Positions 11,269-25,096 of a DNA stretch of 64,000 bases are shown in pieces. Made by a program: the position numbers and the translations under genes. The notes below the pieces were generated by a model, which worked only from the letters and a program-made list of their open reading frames with translations, did no database searches and was not told the origin of the DNA. The DNA is from Octopus vulgaris (Eukaryota). Numbering within the stretch: position 1 is the stretch's first letter; each line of letters opens with the position of its first letter. The stretch covers positions 58,714,001 to 58,778,000 of the forward strand of contig OX597826.1 in the NCBI GenBank assembly GCA_951406725.2, written 5' to 3'.

Positions 11269-11439
11269 AAAGAGGAGAAAATATTGTAGCCCATATTTTC
11301 TTAGTCGCGTTTTTTTTTCCATGCATTTCTTTGGTCTTTATGAATGTAAGTAAAAGGGTTAAAGAAAGATAACTGAAGAAAGGGGAAGGAAAATATGAAA
11401 ATAGATCGAACCTTAAATAGAAAAAAAATTCGAAAGAAA

Positions 11440-11488
11440 TATATATTTATATATATTTATATATATATATAGATAGATAGATAGATAT

Positions 11489-11563
<75 letters not shown>

Positions 11564-12083
11564 CTCTCACATGTAAAATAATATATGTTTATATATATTT
11601 AGTAAATATTAGAAGATAAGAAGGGTTACAAAAATTAAAAAGATCAAGATTTGAAAAGAATGGACAGAAAATTTTAAGATGGAGGGAAATGTGAAAGAAA
11701 GAAGGAATAACGAAAACAAAATAAAAAGAAAGAAGTGAATGAAGCTGAGGAAAAATAAAAAAGGGGACGTTGTACACGAAGAAGGCTTTATAGGAATGAA
11801 TGAAGGATAAACATACAAACAAATAAATGAAGAAGGTAATAATGTAATAAAGTAGAAATGGAAGGCAAGTAGAAAGAGTGAAAGAGGAAATAGAAAGAAG
11901 GAAAAAAATGAAAGAAAATATGAAAAAGGAAAAATAAATGAAGAAATCAAGAAACAAGAAGGAACAAAGAAATAGACCAACAGCAGTAGAAAGGGGGAAA
12001 AAAATCGTGGATAAGAATGAAGATCGGAGAAAAAGATGTGAAGAATGAAAGAATAAGAAAAACAGAAATAAATTTTAAAAAAA

Positions 12084-12118
<35 letters not shown>

Positions 12119-12378
12119 ACAACAACAGATGTCTTAAAATGACTTGGGAAAAGAAGAAAAGGAGTAAAAATGGAGGCTAGAAGAGAATAAAATAAGAACA
12201 ATAACAAGAAGAACAGGGATGATAAGAAGAGCGAGGAGAATTATAAATAGAAAATGGAATGAGAGAACAAGAAGAAGAAGAAGAAAGTGAAAAAAATATG
12301 AAACAATAATAATTTCTAAAACGAAACAAGGACCAAAACAGTAATGACGACGACAAAAACAAAAAAAAAAAACAACAG

Positions 12379-12444
<66 letters not shown>

Positions 12445-13029
12445 AGTTTGGCAAAAAAGGGATGGAAAAAATTCCGGATGAAGGTATGGAAGCCACAGTC
12501 GCATACACGTGCAAGCGCGCGTGCAAGCATACGCATGCTCAGGTAAGCACGCAAATACACAAACACACGCGCGTACACACACATACACACACGCACACAC
12601 ACATACATATATATATATATACACACACAAACCTGCAGACACATGAATATTAGTGTGGGTGTACATATAAAATATAACAGAACTCAATACAACAAAGTAG
12701 AGACTGTCTACATATATATATATATATATGTATACATACGTATATACATACACATATATATATATATATATTATACACACATAAACACATATATAAATGC
12801 ATGTGAATATATACGAATTCTTAAATACACGAGAATATAAGTGCATACATATGTACGAGTAAATATTTCAATTTATATATAAGTATATATGTATGCATGT
12901 AAGTATGTATGTATATGTATATATAGGTAAATGTGTGTATATATTCACTCATATATGTGTAAATGCACGTAAGGACTATATAGATGTGAGTAGACATACT
13001 TACAGACATACACGCACGCACATATGTAC

Positions 13030-13071
<42 letters not shown>

Positions 13072-13205
13072 GTATGAAATCAAATACATATATGTAACTA
13101 TATCAATACACATACTGACATGCATACACACACACGTACGTGTGCGTGTGTTTCTTTGCGTGTGTTTTTGCGCGCGCGTGTATGTGTGTGATTGCGCGTG
13201 CGTGC
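11440..13205. repeat. Low-complexity region: (GATA)n, purine-rich tract, (AAAT)n, (CTA)n, (TA)/(CA)n
   Basis: Directly visible. Confidence 0.9.
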
Positions 13206-15106
13206 TGGATCGATTGCGGAGAGACGTGGCAGCTATACAATTGTACTTTCGTAATGGCTGTTTTGTGAATGTGATAACCACACAGTTATTGGATAATCTT
13301 TATCGTGTTATACTGATAACTTTATTGAGCTATTATTCCGATACCGTTATTGACATATCGCAATATCCCATGGGCAGTGGCAGTGTAGATGTTGCTTGTT
13401 GTGATGATGGTGCCGGTGTACGCTGTTCGTGTTGGAGATGTTTTTCTCCTTGTACTCTCACGGTTTGTACGCCATCTTTTATACAGCGCTTTTCCTTTTT
13501 TACAGCGGACATTTTGTGTAACGATTTCTCGCTATTGCTGTTTGTTCCTGTTTCTTGTTGCAACTGCTGTTGTTGTTGTTGTAGTTGTTATTGCAAATCG
13601 TTGTGGCGCGCTGAACTGCTGAAGTTTTTTACTTATTATTTATAATTTTTTTTATCGTCTTCGTTATTATTTTAACTGCAGTTGTTGTTGTTGTTCCTGT
13701 TGCTGTTATTCCTTTTCCATGCTATTGTTTTTGTTGTACGTGTTGCTGTTTCTGTTGTGGTTGTTTGCATTATTGTTATTTACTGTTATTGTTATTCTTG
13801 TAGTCGCAGTTATCGGTGTTATTGATGTTTGTTGCTATCGGTATAATGGATATTCTTATTATTGTTGGTCATGTCGTTGTTGCTGTTGTTTTCGTCGTTG
13901 CTGTTGAGTAACCTCGGATTAACCCCGATCGAAATCTAGTTTTACTACCCGAGTTTTCTTGTTCATTTTGCCGTCGTTCTTTACATCCCTATTTTTTTTG
14001 GTTGCTATAGATATTGTTTCTATTCACTTTTTTAAATTGTTCTTAACAGAATAGCTGTTTTCTTCGTTGTTATTGTTGTAAACAGAGTTCTTGCTCTCCT
14101 TACTGAAACTTGTTGAAGGCTTTTTTGTTCGCATCTTTATTATAGTTGTTGTTGTTGCTATAGCAAATACTGTTCAGTCAGAAGGTAGAGGCATTGCCAA
14201 AGGGGTTTTGCAATCTCTCTCAGATTGTGACGTTGATTCAATTGAGGGCCTGCTGGAACATCTTTGAGCCAAGGTTTTCAAGATAAGCATATAATGGAAG
14301 GGAATGTTGGGTAGAAAGGATGAGCTACGGTGGGTGCTTTAACTGGATCTAAAAGGTGATGAAACTCAGTCTGATTATGCATGTACCAAATATACTCTCC
14401 TAAATGGCTGTTTTGGATGGTCAGTGGTAAAGGTTGTATGCAACCAAGCTCTGTATTTGAATATACTAACAGCAGTGGGTGCTACATCAGCACTTCAATC
14501 TAGCGTTGTACATTTGAATAAAAAAAAAATCATTTCCACATACATCATTCACCGATCAAGAAAACGCAGATAAATGCTCAAAGATCTGGGACAACTCACT
14601 TGCAAACGGAGCTGCAGACCACATTGTTAGAAACATGAGAAAAAAAAATCGAGTCCATCCTTCCATTAGACAAGACCTTTTCGCTAAACTAGCCCATATT
14701 TTGGGGCCTGGCACAATGCAAAAGCTTGCATCACATCCTTCTTGTCAATACCTAGCTTTAGCTCAACTAGATTCCTAACGAAATATACTATATGCGACAT
14801 AATTTAAAATCCCCTTCCATGCAGCTAGAAACTACTACGAATCTAAACCTGCCCACCTGTTCTCCTCAGCCTTTGATAAAGAATGATTTCACCTGATTAG
14901 CATACGTTAAAGGTAGGGCAATTTTTTTGAAATATATAATTTATCAATGGCTAGATTACCTTAATTTTCACATAATACGCACACACACACACACATACGC
15001 ATATTCGCATACACACATATACACACACATACACACACATATACACATACAAACACAACCTACCTACATATCTATCTATTTATCAAAATGTCTGTGCATG
15101 TATGTG

Positions 15107-15153
<47 letters not shown>

Positions 15154-15306
15154 CTACACACACACACACACGGACGCATATATCCACTCTCACACGTTCT
15201 CCTTCCTCTCTCTATATCTCTCTCTCTATCTCTCTATCTCCCTCTCTCTAACTGTATACATACATACTGCGTTCACATTCCTGTCTTCTACCAAGAAATC
15301 TAATGC

Positions 15307-15480
15307 TTACAGCTTAGTTTTTTTTCTTGGGGCTGGCCGAGTTGGAGCAAATATCAGAATTGAACAGCCGAAATTTGCTATGATGATTCGGTGTCTGACT
15401 GAAGATTGAAGGCTTCGAATGATTTGTCTGTGTTCCGTGTTCGTCCCTTCCTGTATTTCACGTTCATTATATATAAAAAC
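15307..15480 (+). mobile_element. Short interspersed repeat fragment (Penelope-like?)
   Basis: TGACTGAAGATTGAAGGCTTCGAATG recurs inverted at 58141-58166. Both copies lie next to (TA)n. Confidence 0.45.
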
Positions 15481-15487
15481 ATTCATT

Positions 15488-15522
<35 letters not shown>

Positions 15523-15593
15523 CATCTAATGTAGGATAAAATTTTTCGAAAAAAATTCTATCAATGGCCAGCATATTAAAAAATACCTTTAAA

Positions 15594-15650
<57 letters not shown>

Positions 15651-15655
15651 AAAGG

Positions 15656-15695
<40 letters not shown>

Positions 15696-16057
15696 TTCTT
15701 GTGTCGACATACGACGGGTTTCTGCACCTACCAGCAACCAAATATCAGACACACCCTTATCAGTGATCAATGGACTGTGCTAGAAGACGTTTGATCAATA
15801 TGCCGAGAAGAGTAATCGAAGCAGGAAGTATATGGACTTTAAACGAACTTTGTAAAAACCCATCAATTTCTGCCCATGTGTGCGGCCCGAACGTTTCTGT
15901 TGCTTATCGTCTTGAATGGAGTGACGCTGGAGTCTAAGTCTATGGCCGCCGTTCATTAATCTAAAATTTTCGTGAATCTTACACTTATTCGAATTATCTT
16001 CATCACACCACCACCACCACCACCACTGCCGGCTCCCCACACTCTATCAGCAATATC

Positions 16058-16346
16058 TGGCACTCCGTCGGATTCGACGACGAGTACTCCAGTTAATCCG
16101 ATCAACGGAACGGTCTTCTAGTGAAATTAGCATGAAAATCGCTGAAGCATCCACAATAACGTTTAGTCTTAAGTTTGTTCTCACAGAATATGACATGGTC
16201 GACCCTTTTGAAATACAGGTAATACTTATTTCTGCCAGATGAATGGATTGGAGCAACGTGAAATAAAGTGTCTTGCTTAAGGACAAAACACGTTGCCAGG
16301 AATTGAACTCACGACCTTAGAATCGTGAGCCGAATGTCCTAACTAC
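16058..16346 (-). mobile_element. Chimeric SINE with C-type head/core and D-type tail
   Basis: Core matches 5890-5945 and tail matches 1675-1770. Confidence 0.7.
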
Positions 16347-16349
16347 TAA

Positions 16350-17075
16350 ACCACAAACCACAATAACAATATCAACCATCGACGCACTGACGCCACCACC
16401 ACCATCATCATTACCACCACCACCACCACCACCACCATCACCACCACCATCATTACCACCACCACTATTATTACCACTACCACCATCACCACCACCACCA
16501 CCACAACCACCACCATTGCCAATAGAAAAACGATGGGATAGTCACGGCTGGAACATCGTTTTTCCATTGCCAATAGAAAAACGATGGGATAGTCACGGCT
16601 GGAACATCGTTTTGCTTGTTGGGGATCAGGGTTGACTTCAGGTTAGTAGAAACAAGTGTACGTGTGTGTAACACACCACCACCACCACAACTACTACCAC
16701 AACCACCACCATCACTGCTACCACAACCACTGCCACCGCCATCGCCACCGCAACCACCACCACCACCAACATCATCATCATTCTCACCAGCATCACAACG
16801 ATAACAACGATGACTACCATCCTCACCCACCTCACCCCACCCCACCCCACCCCACCCCATTATCGTTATCATCCATATCATCACCGTCACCACCGTCACC
16901 TCCATCACCACAACGATGACGGTGACCAAAAGCGCCACCGTCACTACAACAATCACCATCGTCGTTAGCATCTTCATTGCTGTCATCATCATTATCATCA
17001 TCCCCACAAACCAACACCATCACCACCACCATCACAACCTTCTCTGTCATCATCATTGTCATCAAGATCATCATC
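16350..17075. repeat. (CAC)n/(CAT)n low-complexity tract
   Basis: Directly visible. Confidence 0.9.
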
Positions 17076-17131
17076 GACCGAAACGTTTGTACTGTTTGTC
17101 GTATTACACAAATTAATTATTCATGAGCGAC

Positions 17132-17146
17132 TCGCCAGAGGGCGCT
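17132..17146 (+). promoter_or_regulatory. CTCF-like binding motif
   Basis: TCGCCAGAGGGCGCT versus consensus CCASYAGRKGGCRS, in non-repetitive sequence. Confidence 0.5.
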
Positions 17147-17355
17147 GATTGCACGCGATTTGAAGGTAAGGGGAGTTTGACTGTTGGCCTCGGAAGGCAG
17201 TCGCGTAGATATGTAGATAGGTGTATGAATTGTATAGATTTATATATTGTATATGTATGTATGTTGGGCGGGAGACTTTTGTTTATATTAGAATTGGAAG
17301 ATGCATGTGTTAGAGCAAGCTACAATGTACGTCTCTGCATGTGTATGAAACTTAA

Positions 17356-17439
<84 letters not shown>

Positions 17440-17469
17440 GTCTGTCTATCTATCTACCTCTCTATCTGC

Positions 17470-17515
<46 letters not shown>

Positions 17516-17663
17516 GTTCGCGTATCCATTTGTATGTATCTGATGTTGTCGATCAACTTATAAAAAAATCTAAAAGCATTTAAAAGTCAAGGAGTCCATG
17601 CACTCTGTAGAGTCAACTTTAATATCGGATAAGAATTGCCGCTTAGGCGAATCTTGGAACCTC

Positions 17664-17700
<37 letters not shown>

Positions 17701-17701
<1 letters not shown>

Positions 17702-18028
17702 CATGGCTCAGCGATCACAGCGTCGGGTTCACAATCATGAGGTAGTGAGTCCGATTCCCAGACCGGGCTGTGTTGTGTTCTTAAGCAAGACACTTTATTT
17801 CTTGTTGCTTCAGTTCACTCAGCTGTAGAAATGAGTTGCGACGTCACTGGTGCCAAGCTGTATCGGCCCCTTTGCCTTTCCCTTCGATAACATCAGTGGC
17901 ATGGAGAGTGGGGCATGCATGGGTAACTGCTGATCTTCGATAAAGACCTTCGCCCGAACTTTTGCCTCGGGGGGGAATTTTATAGGTGCAATCCCACGGT
18001 TATTCATGAACGAAAGGGATCTTTACTT
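17701..18028 (+). mobile_element. SINE family C
   Basis: Aligns to 5812-6145. Confidence 0.9.
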
Positions 18029-18284
18029 ATACACTTTTTTTTTACACAAACATGATTTACCGACACGATTGTAAATGTGTTTGAAAGTTGTGGTTTCTTC
18101 GGTATGTTTGTTCCCAAACAACACCTATTTTAGTGACGCTGACACCGCGGCATTAAATGGTACTACTCAGATGTCGAAACCATATTGATATCCGTGAGGC
18201 AGCTGATGATGGAGGTATGTTGGATTGTTAGTATGGCTGTTTTTGCTTATGTGGAATAGTATTGTAACACATCCTTTTGATATA

Positions 18285-18521
18285 TATATATGTGTGTGTG
18301 TGTATTTGTGTGTCTGTGTGTGTGTGTTTGTTCCCTCACTTGACAACCAATGCTGGTGTGTTTACGTCCACGTAACTCAGCGGTTCGGCAAAAGAGACCG
18401 AGAGAATAAGTACTAGGCTGACAAAGAATATGTCCTGGGGTCGATTTGTTTGACTAAAGGCGGTGCTCCAGCATGACCGCAGTCAAATGACTGAAACAAG
18501 TAAAATAATAAAATAATAAAA

Positions 18522-18525
<4 letters not shown>
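18285..18525 (+). mobile_element. SINE family B, 3' half
   Basis: Aligns to 10040-10270. Confidence 0.85.
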
Positions 18526-18568
<43 letters not shown>

Positions 18569-18573
<5 letters not shown>

Positions 18574-18922
18574 ATATTTCGGAATGGTCATATTGCCAGT
18601 TTAGCCAATAAAAACACACGCACTATATATTTGGTGTTATTTTGCTTCAGTGATATTTATTTTTTACATTAATCTTAATCTTATTTCGGCCAAAGTTCTT
18701 TCGTCACACTGATGCGGTCACAGGAGTGTGACGAAAGAACTCTGGCCGAAATAAGATTAAGATTAATGTAAAAAAATAAATATCACTGAAGCAAAATAAC
18801 ACCAAATATATAGTGCGTGTGTTTTTATTGGCTAAACTGGCAATATGACCATTCCGAAATATAACAATATCTGTTTCAACACACGAATTCACATAAAAAA
18901 TCTTGCACAACAAATATTTAAA
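18569..18922. mobile_element. Near-perfect fold-back element in (TA)n (Penelope-like remnant)
   Basis: Arms 18569-18710 and 18725-18867 with a 14-nt loop and one visible mismatch. Confidence 0.7.
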
Positions 18923-18923
18923 C

Positions 18924-18977
<54 letters not shown>

Positions 18978-19342
18978 AATACATTGTCCGGTGGCGTTAT
19001 CTAGACATCACATACCGTATAAAATCTTACTGGCAACAACCCTTGGACTGCGGCCATGCGGGGTAACCGACTGCATAGCGGTTTCAGTAAATTATTTTAG
19101 TCCGTTATTTGCAGTCAATTATTTTATAGCCATTTATGTTATGATCAATTATTTGTATCGAACTCAGTAATTGATTTGATTCGCATTTTATCGATTTCTA
19201 CTTACCGATTGTTCGCTTCATTTATTTTCGTTGATTTATTTTTTGAGAGCTGCCCCTGATTACTGGCGCATATTTATTGCCTCTCGTGCACGTGGATATC
19301 CTTACACCCACCACCAAATACTCCCGTATTTCGTACACACAC

Positions 19343-19441
<99 letters not shown>

Positions 19442-19442
19442 C

Positions 19443-19499
<57 letters not shown>

Positions 19500-19981
19500 A
19501 ACATACAGACGCACACACACTTTTGTACAATTTTCGTCATTAAATATCATGTAAATATTATGAAACTGTTCGAGGTTATTATTGGAAAGAGTCGTTTCAA
19601 AGAGTCGTGCAAAGAATCGGGCAGCGGTATCGAATCTCGAATCATGTGACTGTAATAGTCTTCCCCTAGTATGGAAGGCCTTAATTTCTAAAATTTTCTT
19701 TTATTTCTGAAAAATCATTATTAAATTTCCATCCATAAGCAAATCTGCGCACATCCGCCATTTACTATGAATATCATAAACCTCAGGTAAAAACCGGCAT
19801 CTCTTGTGATTTTTAACTCCAGGTGGAATATCGAGGTACTAAATAAAAGGAGCAGTTTATTCCCTGAATAATGGACATCTCATGCCTTTGGGGCTTGTAA
19901 TCTCTCAAGAAGTCAGTCTTAAGGATGTCATCATGATGTACAGTTTATTTTAGACATCTATTATTCTCCAGGTTCCATTAT

Positions 19982-20325
19982 GTGCAAGCATGGTTGTGTG
20001 GTAAGAAGCCTTGCTCCTCAACCACATAGATCCGTGTTCAGTCCCACCTCTGGCCAATGAAGCCTTGTGAATAGATTTGAGACAGAAACTGAAAGAAGCC
20101 CGGTGTGTATATATATATATGCGTGTGTGTGTGTATTTATGTGTGTGTGTCTGTATTTGTCCTCCATCACGCCTGACAACCGTTACTGGTTTGTGCACGT
20201 CTCCGTAACTTAGCGATTCAGCATAACTACTAGGACTTCAAAATATGTCCTGGGGTCGATTTGTTCGACTAAAAGTCCTCAATGCGATGGCCGCAGTAAA
20301 ATAACTGAAACAAGAAAGAAAAAAA
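19982..20325 (+). mobile_element. SINE family B, diverged
   Basis: Aligns to 9853-10274 with deletions. Confidence 0.8.
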
Positions 20326-20970
20326 AAGAATACAGATAATATCATTTAGGAAAAGAGAAAGAAATAGTGACACAAAATGTATGATTTGCATAGGTTTTAT
20401 ATGAAAAACAAATTTGACATCGGCTGGATTTGAACTCAGAGCCTGGAAAGCTAGAAGCATCACTGCAAAGCAATCTGTTAGACGCTCTGCAGATTGTTCA
20501 AATTAACCTGCTTTAATGACCTTGCCATGCAATGAAAGATAATCATATGTACAAAATTTTAAAATAACTCCAGTTAGTTATTGTTAATCCATTAACAACC
20601 GCCTTGCTTTTAAATTTAGTGTGTTTTATACATATGATATTAAAAGCAACACATGTATCTGTATATGAAAAGATGAATGCAAAATCTGTTATGTGTATGG
20701 GAATTGGATACATGAGTGTGTGACGCAGATCTTGATGTATCTTCTTTCGTTTTGCAGAGGAGCAAATTTCCCAAAATTAATTATGATTAAAATATTCATG
20801 AATACATTTTTTAATGTGTTCACACACTACGTCCCTCCTTCAAATCTTTGATTAACCTGGCAAATTAAAATTCAGAATAGTGGTTCAAAAGGGTTCCACC
20901 TATTAATAATGAAATTTAAAATAAAGTTATTTACATAGAGAGTACCTATTCTTTCTAAACACACTAACCA

Positions 20971-21070
<100 letters not shown>

Positions 21071-21086
21071 TGTATATATATATATA

Positions 21087-21640
21087 CAGACATGCAGGAA
21101 GTAAATAGACACCTTTAATTTTCAAAATCTTTTATTTGATATTAATTGGTTGAAGGAGAGGTTTTCTTGTAGCTTATGCAGATATGTAACACACGTTGTT
21201 GGACTAACTTCTAGCTGTTTTGCGATGTCAGAAGCCTTCGAACAGGGTTCGTCTTCCACAATTCTCTTCAAACGGCGAAGCTTCCTTTCCGAGGCCCCAG
21301 GTCGGCCGGGACGAGAATCTGTTAATTTTTTCCCTTGGCTTTTGAATTGCTCTATAATTGCACTATAATTCTATTAACGGTAGCAAGAGGAATTTGGAGA
21401 TTTTCGACAATTTTTTTGTGGCTAACTCCAGCCTCAGATTGCTCAACAATACGTCCTCTTTCAAAATCTGACAGTTCTGCTGAACTTTTTGTTTGTGGCA
21501 TGGTTACTCTTCGCAAATGTTTAATATAATGTCACTCAGAATGAAAAGGAATAATTACATTGCAAATTCTACAACGCTGAAAACATTAAATCGCTTAGAT
21601 CAGAAATTTTGAAAATTAAAGGTGTCTATTTACTTCCTGC

Positions 21641-21643
<3 letters not shown>
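21087..21643 (-). mobile_element. Internally deleted Tc1-like transposon
   Basis: TIRs CATGCAGGAAGTAAATAGACACCTTTAATTTTCAAAAT at both ends, set in (TA)n. From ATG 21501 the minus strand reads [46 protein letters not shown]...SRPGRP...LRRLKRIVEDEP, frameshifted by a short duplication. Confidence 0.92.
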
Positions 21644-21702
<59 letters not shown>

Positions 21703-21800
21703 GTGCTTGTAGTGATAAATTACACGGTTATTGACGTAGTGTCTATTTTCGGTATATTTTGGCATTAGAAATTTTTTCTTTTGCCCTTACTTATAAATTG

Positions 21801-21847
<47 letters not shown>

Positions 21848-21965
21848 AATACAATAGTGTTATTTTCCAGCTAAATAAAGCTGGAATATGCACATAAAGT
21901 GAGGAATTGGGACTTGAGTTTGAGTGAAACTTGGGGCGAAAGTTAATACGTATGTGTAAATATGT

Positions 21966-22019
<54 letters not shown>

Positions 22020-22160
22020 ATGTGTATGAGTGTGTGCATATGTGTGTGTATTAGCATTTGAATTTATGCCGACCATCTTGTAACCATTCTACATGAAACT
22101 GAAGGACTGCTCAATAGTTTTTGTATTCACACACACGCACACATACAAATTATATATATA

Positions 22161-22201
<41 letters not shown>

Positions 22202-22732
22202 ATCTATCTATGTATTTATCTCTCTCTTTATCTATTTAGCTTTCTATCTATCTACCTATCTATCATAAAAATAACGTCTCAGGCATCCTATTCCATCGCT
22301 AACTTCCAATTTTGACAACATCTTCCGAATGTACCACTTCTTTCTTACTCCTTCTTTCTTCTCCTTCTTCTTCTCATCCTCCTCCTCTTTTGTTACTTCC
22401 TTCTTCCACACTTGCCTCACATCACTGCACTTCATCACCTAACACCTTCACCCCCGCCATCAAACACCCTTCTCCCCGCGCGCCACAACGTGTCTACAAT
22501 TTTTGAAACAAAACATCACTTCATGACCTCCAAATGAACACATACTATGCCAGAATGCGCCACTGCCTCGACAAAGTTTTACCGGATATAACTTCCAGCT
22601 TTCACGCTTGCTCACTCAGCGCAACCGGATATGATTTGCAGTCGCCATGCAAAAGTTAAAGAACAATTGAATCGCTATCAGGAGATATATTTTTTGTTTG
22701 TTTTTTGAGTGATATTTGCTTTTTCCTTGTAT

Positions 22733-22782
22733 TTTTCTTCTTCTTCTTCTTCTTCTTCTTCTTCTTCTTCTTCTTCTTCTTC

Positions 22783-22817
<35 letters not shown>

Positions 22818-22873
22818 CTTCTTCTTCTTCTTCTTCTTCTTCTTCTTCTTCTTCTTCTTCTTCTTCTTCTTCT

Positions 22874-22905
<32 letters not shown>

Positions 22906-22930
22906 TTCTTCTTCTTCTACTTCTTCTTCT

Positions 22931-22962
<32 letters not shown>

Positions 22963-23055
22963 TTATTAACATCATCATCATCATCATTATTATTATTATT
23001 ATTATTATTATATTTATTATTATTATTATTATTAATATCATCATCATCATCATCA

Positions 23056-23098
<43 letters not shown>

Positions 23099-23115
23099 CA
23101 TCATCATCATCATCA

Positions 23116-23186
<71 letters not shown>

Positions 23187-23220
23187 TCTAGTCATATTCT
23201 TATTATTATTACTAATAATA
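22733..23220. repeat. Compound (CTT)/(GTT)/(CGT)/(ATT)/(ATC) microsatellite
   Basis: Directly visible. Confidence 0.95.
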
Positions 23221-23225
23221 AAAAT

Positions 23226-23430
23226 GCAGCGAGCTAGGGAAAATGCTTAGCGGCTTTTCGCTCGTTGCTAATTTCTGAGTTCAAATTCCGCAAAGATCGA
23301 CTTTGCCTTTCATCCTTTCTGGGTCAATAATTTGAGTACCATTTAAACACTGGAATCGATATGATCAACTAGTCTCCACCCCACAAAGTTTTGACCTTGT
23401 GCCCATAGTAGAAATCATCATCATCATCAG

Positions 23431-23497
<67 letters not shown>

Positions 23498-23683
23498 GTT
23501 AAGACGGCCAGCTGGCAGAATTGTTAGCACCTTGGGTGAAATGCTTGGCGGCATTTCGTCCATCTTTATCTTCTGTGTTCAAATTTTGCCCAGGTCGACT
23601 TTGCCTTTCATCCGTTCGGGGTCGATGAAATAATCGACTATCCCCGTCCCCCAATTTCAGGCCTTGTGCCTTCAGTAGAAAAG

Positions 23684-23718
<35 letters not shown>

Positions 23719-23920
23719 GGCGGTCGGCTGGCAGAATGGTTAGCACGCTGGACGAAATGCTTAGTGGTATTTCGCCCGTCTATACGTTCTGAGTCCAAAT
23801 TCCGCCCAGGTCGACTTTGCCTCTCATCCTTTTAGGGTCAATAAATTAAGTACCAGTGAAACACTACGGTCGATAAAATTTCCTCCAAAAAATTACTGCC
23901 CTTGTGGCAAAATTTGAAAC
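23226..23920 (+). mobile_element. Three successive diverged SINE-A-like copies separated by (ATT)n
   Basis: Core GTCGACTTTGCCTTTCATCC at about 23297, 23594 and 23809. Confidence 0.8.
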
Positions 23921-23934
23921 TGTTATTATTATTA

Positions 23935-23966
<32 letters not shown>

Positions 23967-23982
23967 GCTGTTGTTGTTGTTG

Positions 23983-24105
<123 letters not shown>

Positions 24106-24707
24106 TCATCATCATCGTTATCCTCATCGTGAATATTGCTATTATTATTGTTATTGTTGTTGCTTTTATAGCTAGTTTTTGTTTGATTTTTTTTTATTAA
24201 TTTATTCTTTTCTTGTTCAATATATTTTTCGTTCGCACCGTCTGTGTATTTTCCCGCCATAGCATTGGTGTTTTGCTTTTATTTTCTTTTATTTATCAGT
24301 CTGTTTCTCTCTTTATATTGGTTTATTTTGCTAAATACTCAATTGTCCCATTTTTTTTATTTCTTATTTTTTCTCTCTGTCTCAACTTCTCATCTTTTGT
24401 GCTTCTTTTGTTTCCTTTTTCGTATATTTTTTTATGGCGGTGGTGTCGGTGCTGTTGGCGAGTGGTTGGAGTGCGGTGGTATTCCATATTTTGCTTTTAT
24501 TGCAGTTCTTACGTACGCTTCCTTACAGGAAGGCCCAGAATCTCTGTTTGCTTTGCTGGCTTTCTGTCTGTCGGCCTGCCTGCCTGTCTCTGTCTTTTTT
24601 CTACCCCTCTTTCTGTCCTTTACTTTCTCTCTCTCTCTCTCTCACCCATTCTGTGACGTAGGTCAGAAAGAAAGAGAAAGAAAAGAAAGAGAGAGAGAAA
24701 GAGATTG

Positions 24708-24791
<84 letters not shown>

Positions 24792-25096
24792 CTGTGTCTG
24801 TGTACGCGTGTTTGCTTGCATTATACTTCTTTTTCCCGTTTTTTCAATACTTCGTATTCTTTCTTTCATCACCATCGTCATCAGCATGATCATCATCAAC
24901 ATCATCATCAATATGTCCATCGGAGTCTTATCAGGTATTGCCACCTCGAGCCAGAGCGGATAAAGGGATATTGATGATTATAGTGCAACTCCATTCACCG
25001 CCAAACATCTGAACGCCCGAACTGGAGCCTCAACATCAGACTTAGTTTAGCGTCTAGCTCAGGACACTTCAAACGTTTAATATTTACAATTACGAA

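Noticed and set aside
12893-13645. 250-aa ORF and the antisense 76-aa Q-rich ORF
   Set aside because: Begins in microsatellite and has no recognisable domain or convincing splice sites. There is an in-frame stop just upstream of the antisense ORF.
15395-15430. CUGAAGA...GAAU hammerhead-like motif (also 58141-58166)
   Set aside because: Stem II is too weak and the A15.1-U16.1 geometry is absent
18725-18755. GUGACGA...GAAA as a hammerhead
   Set aside because: No stem II or stem I pairing
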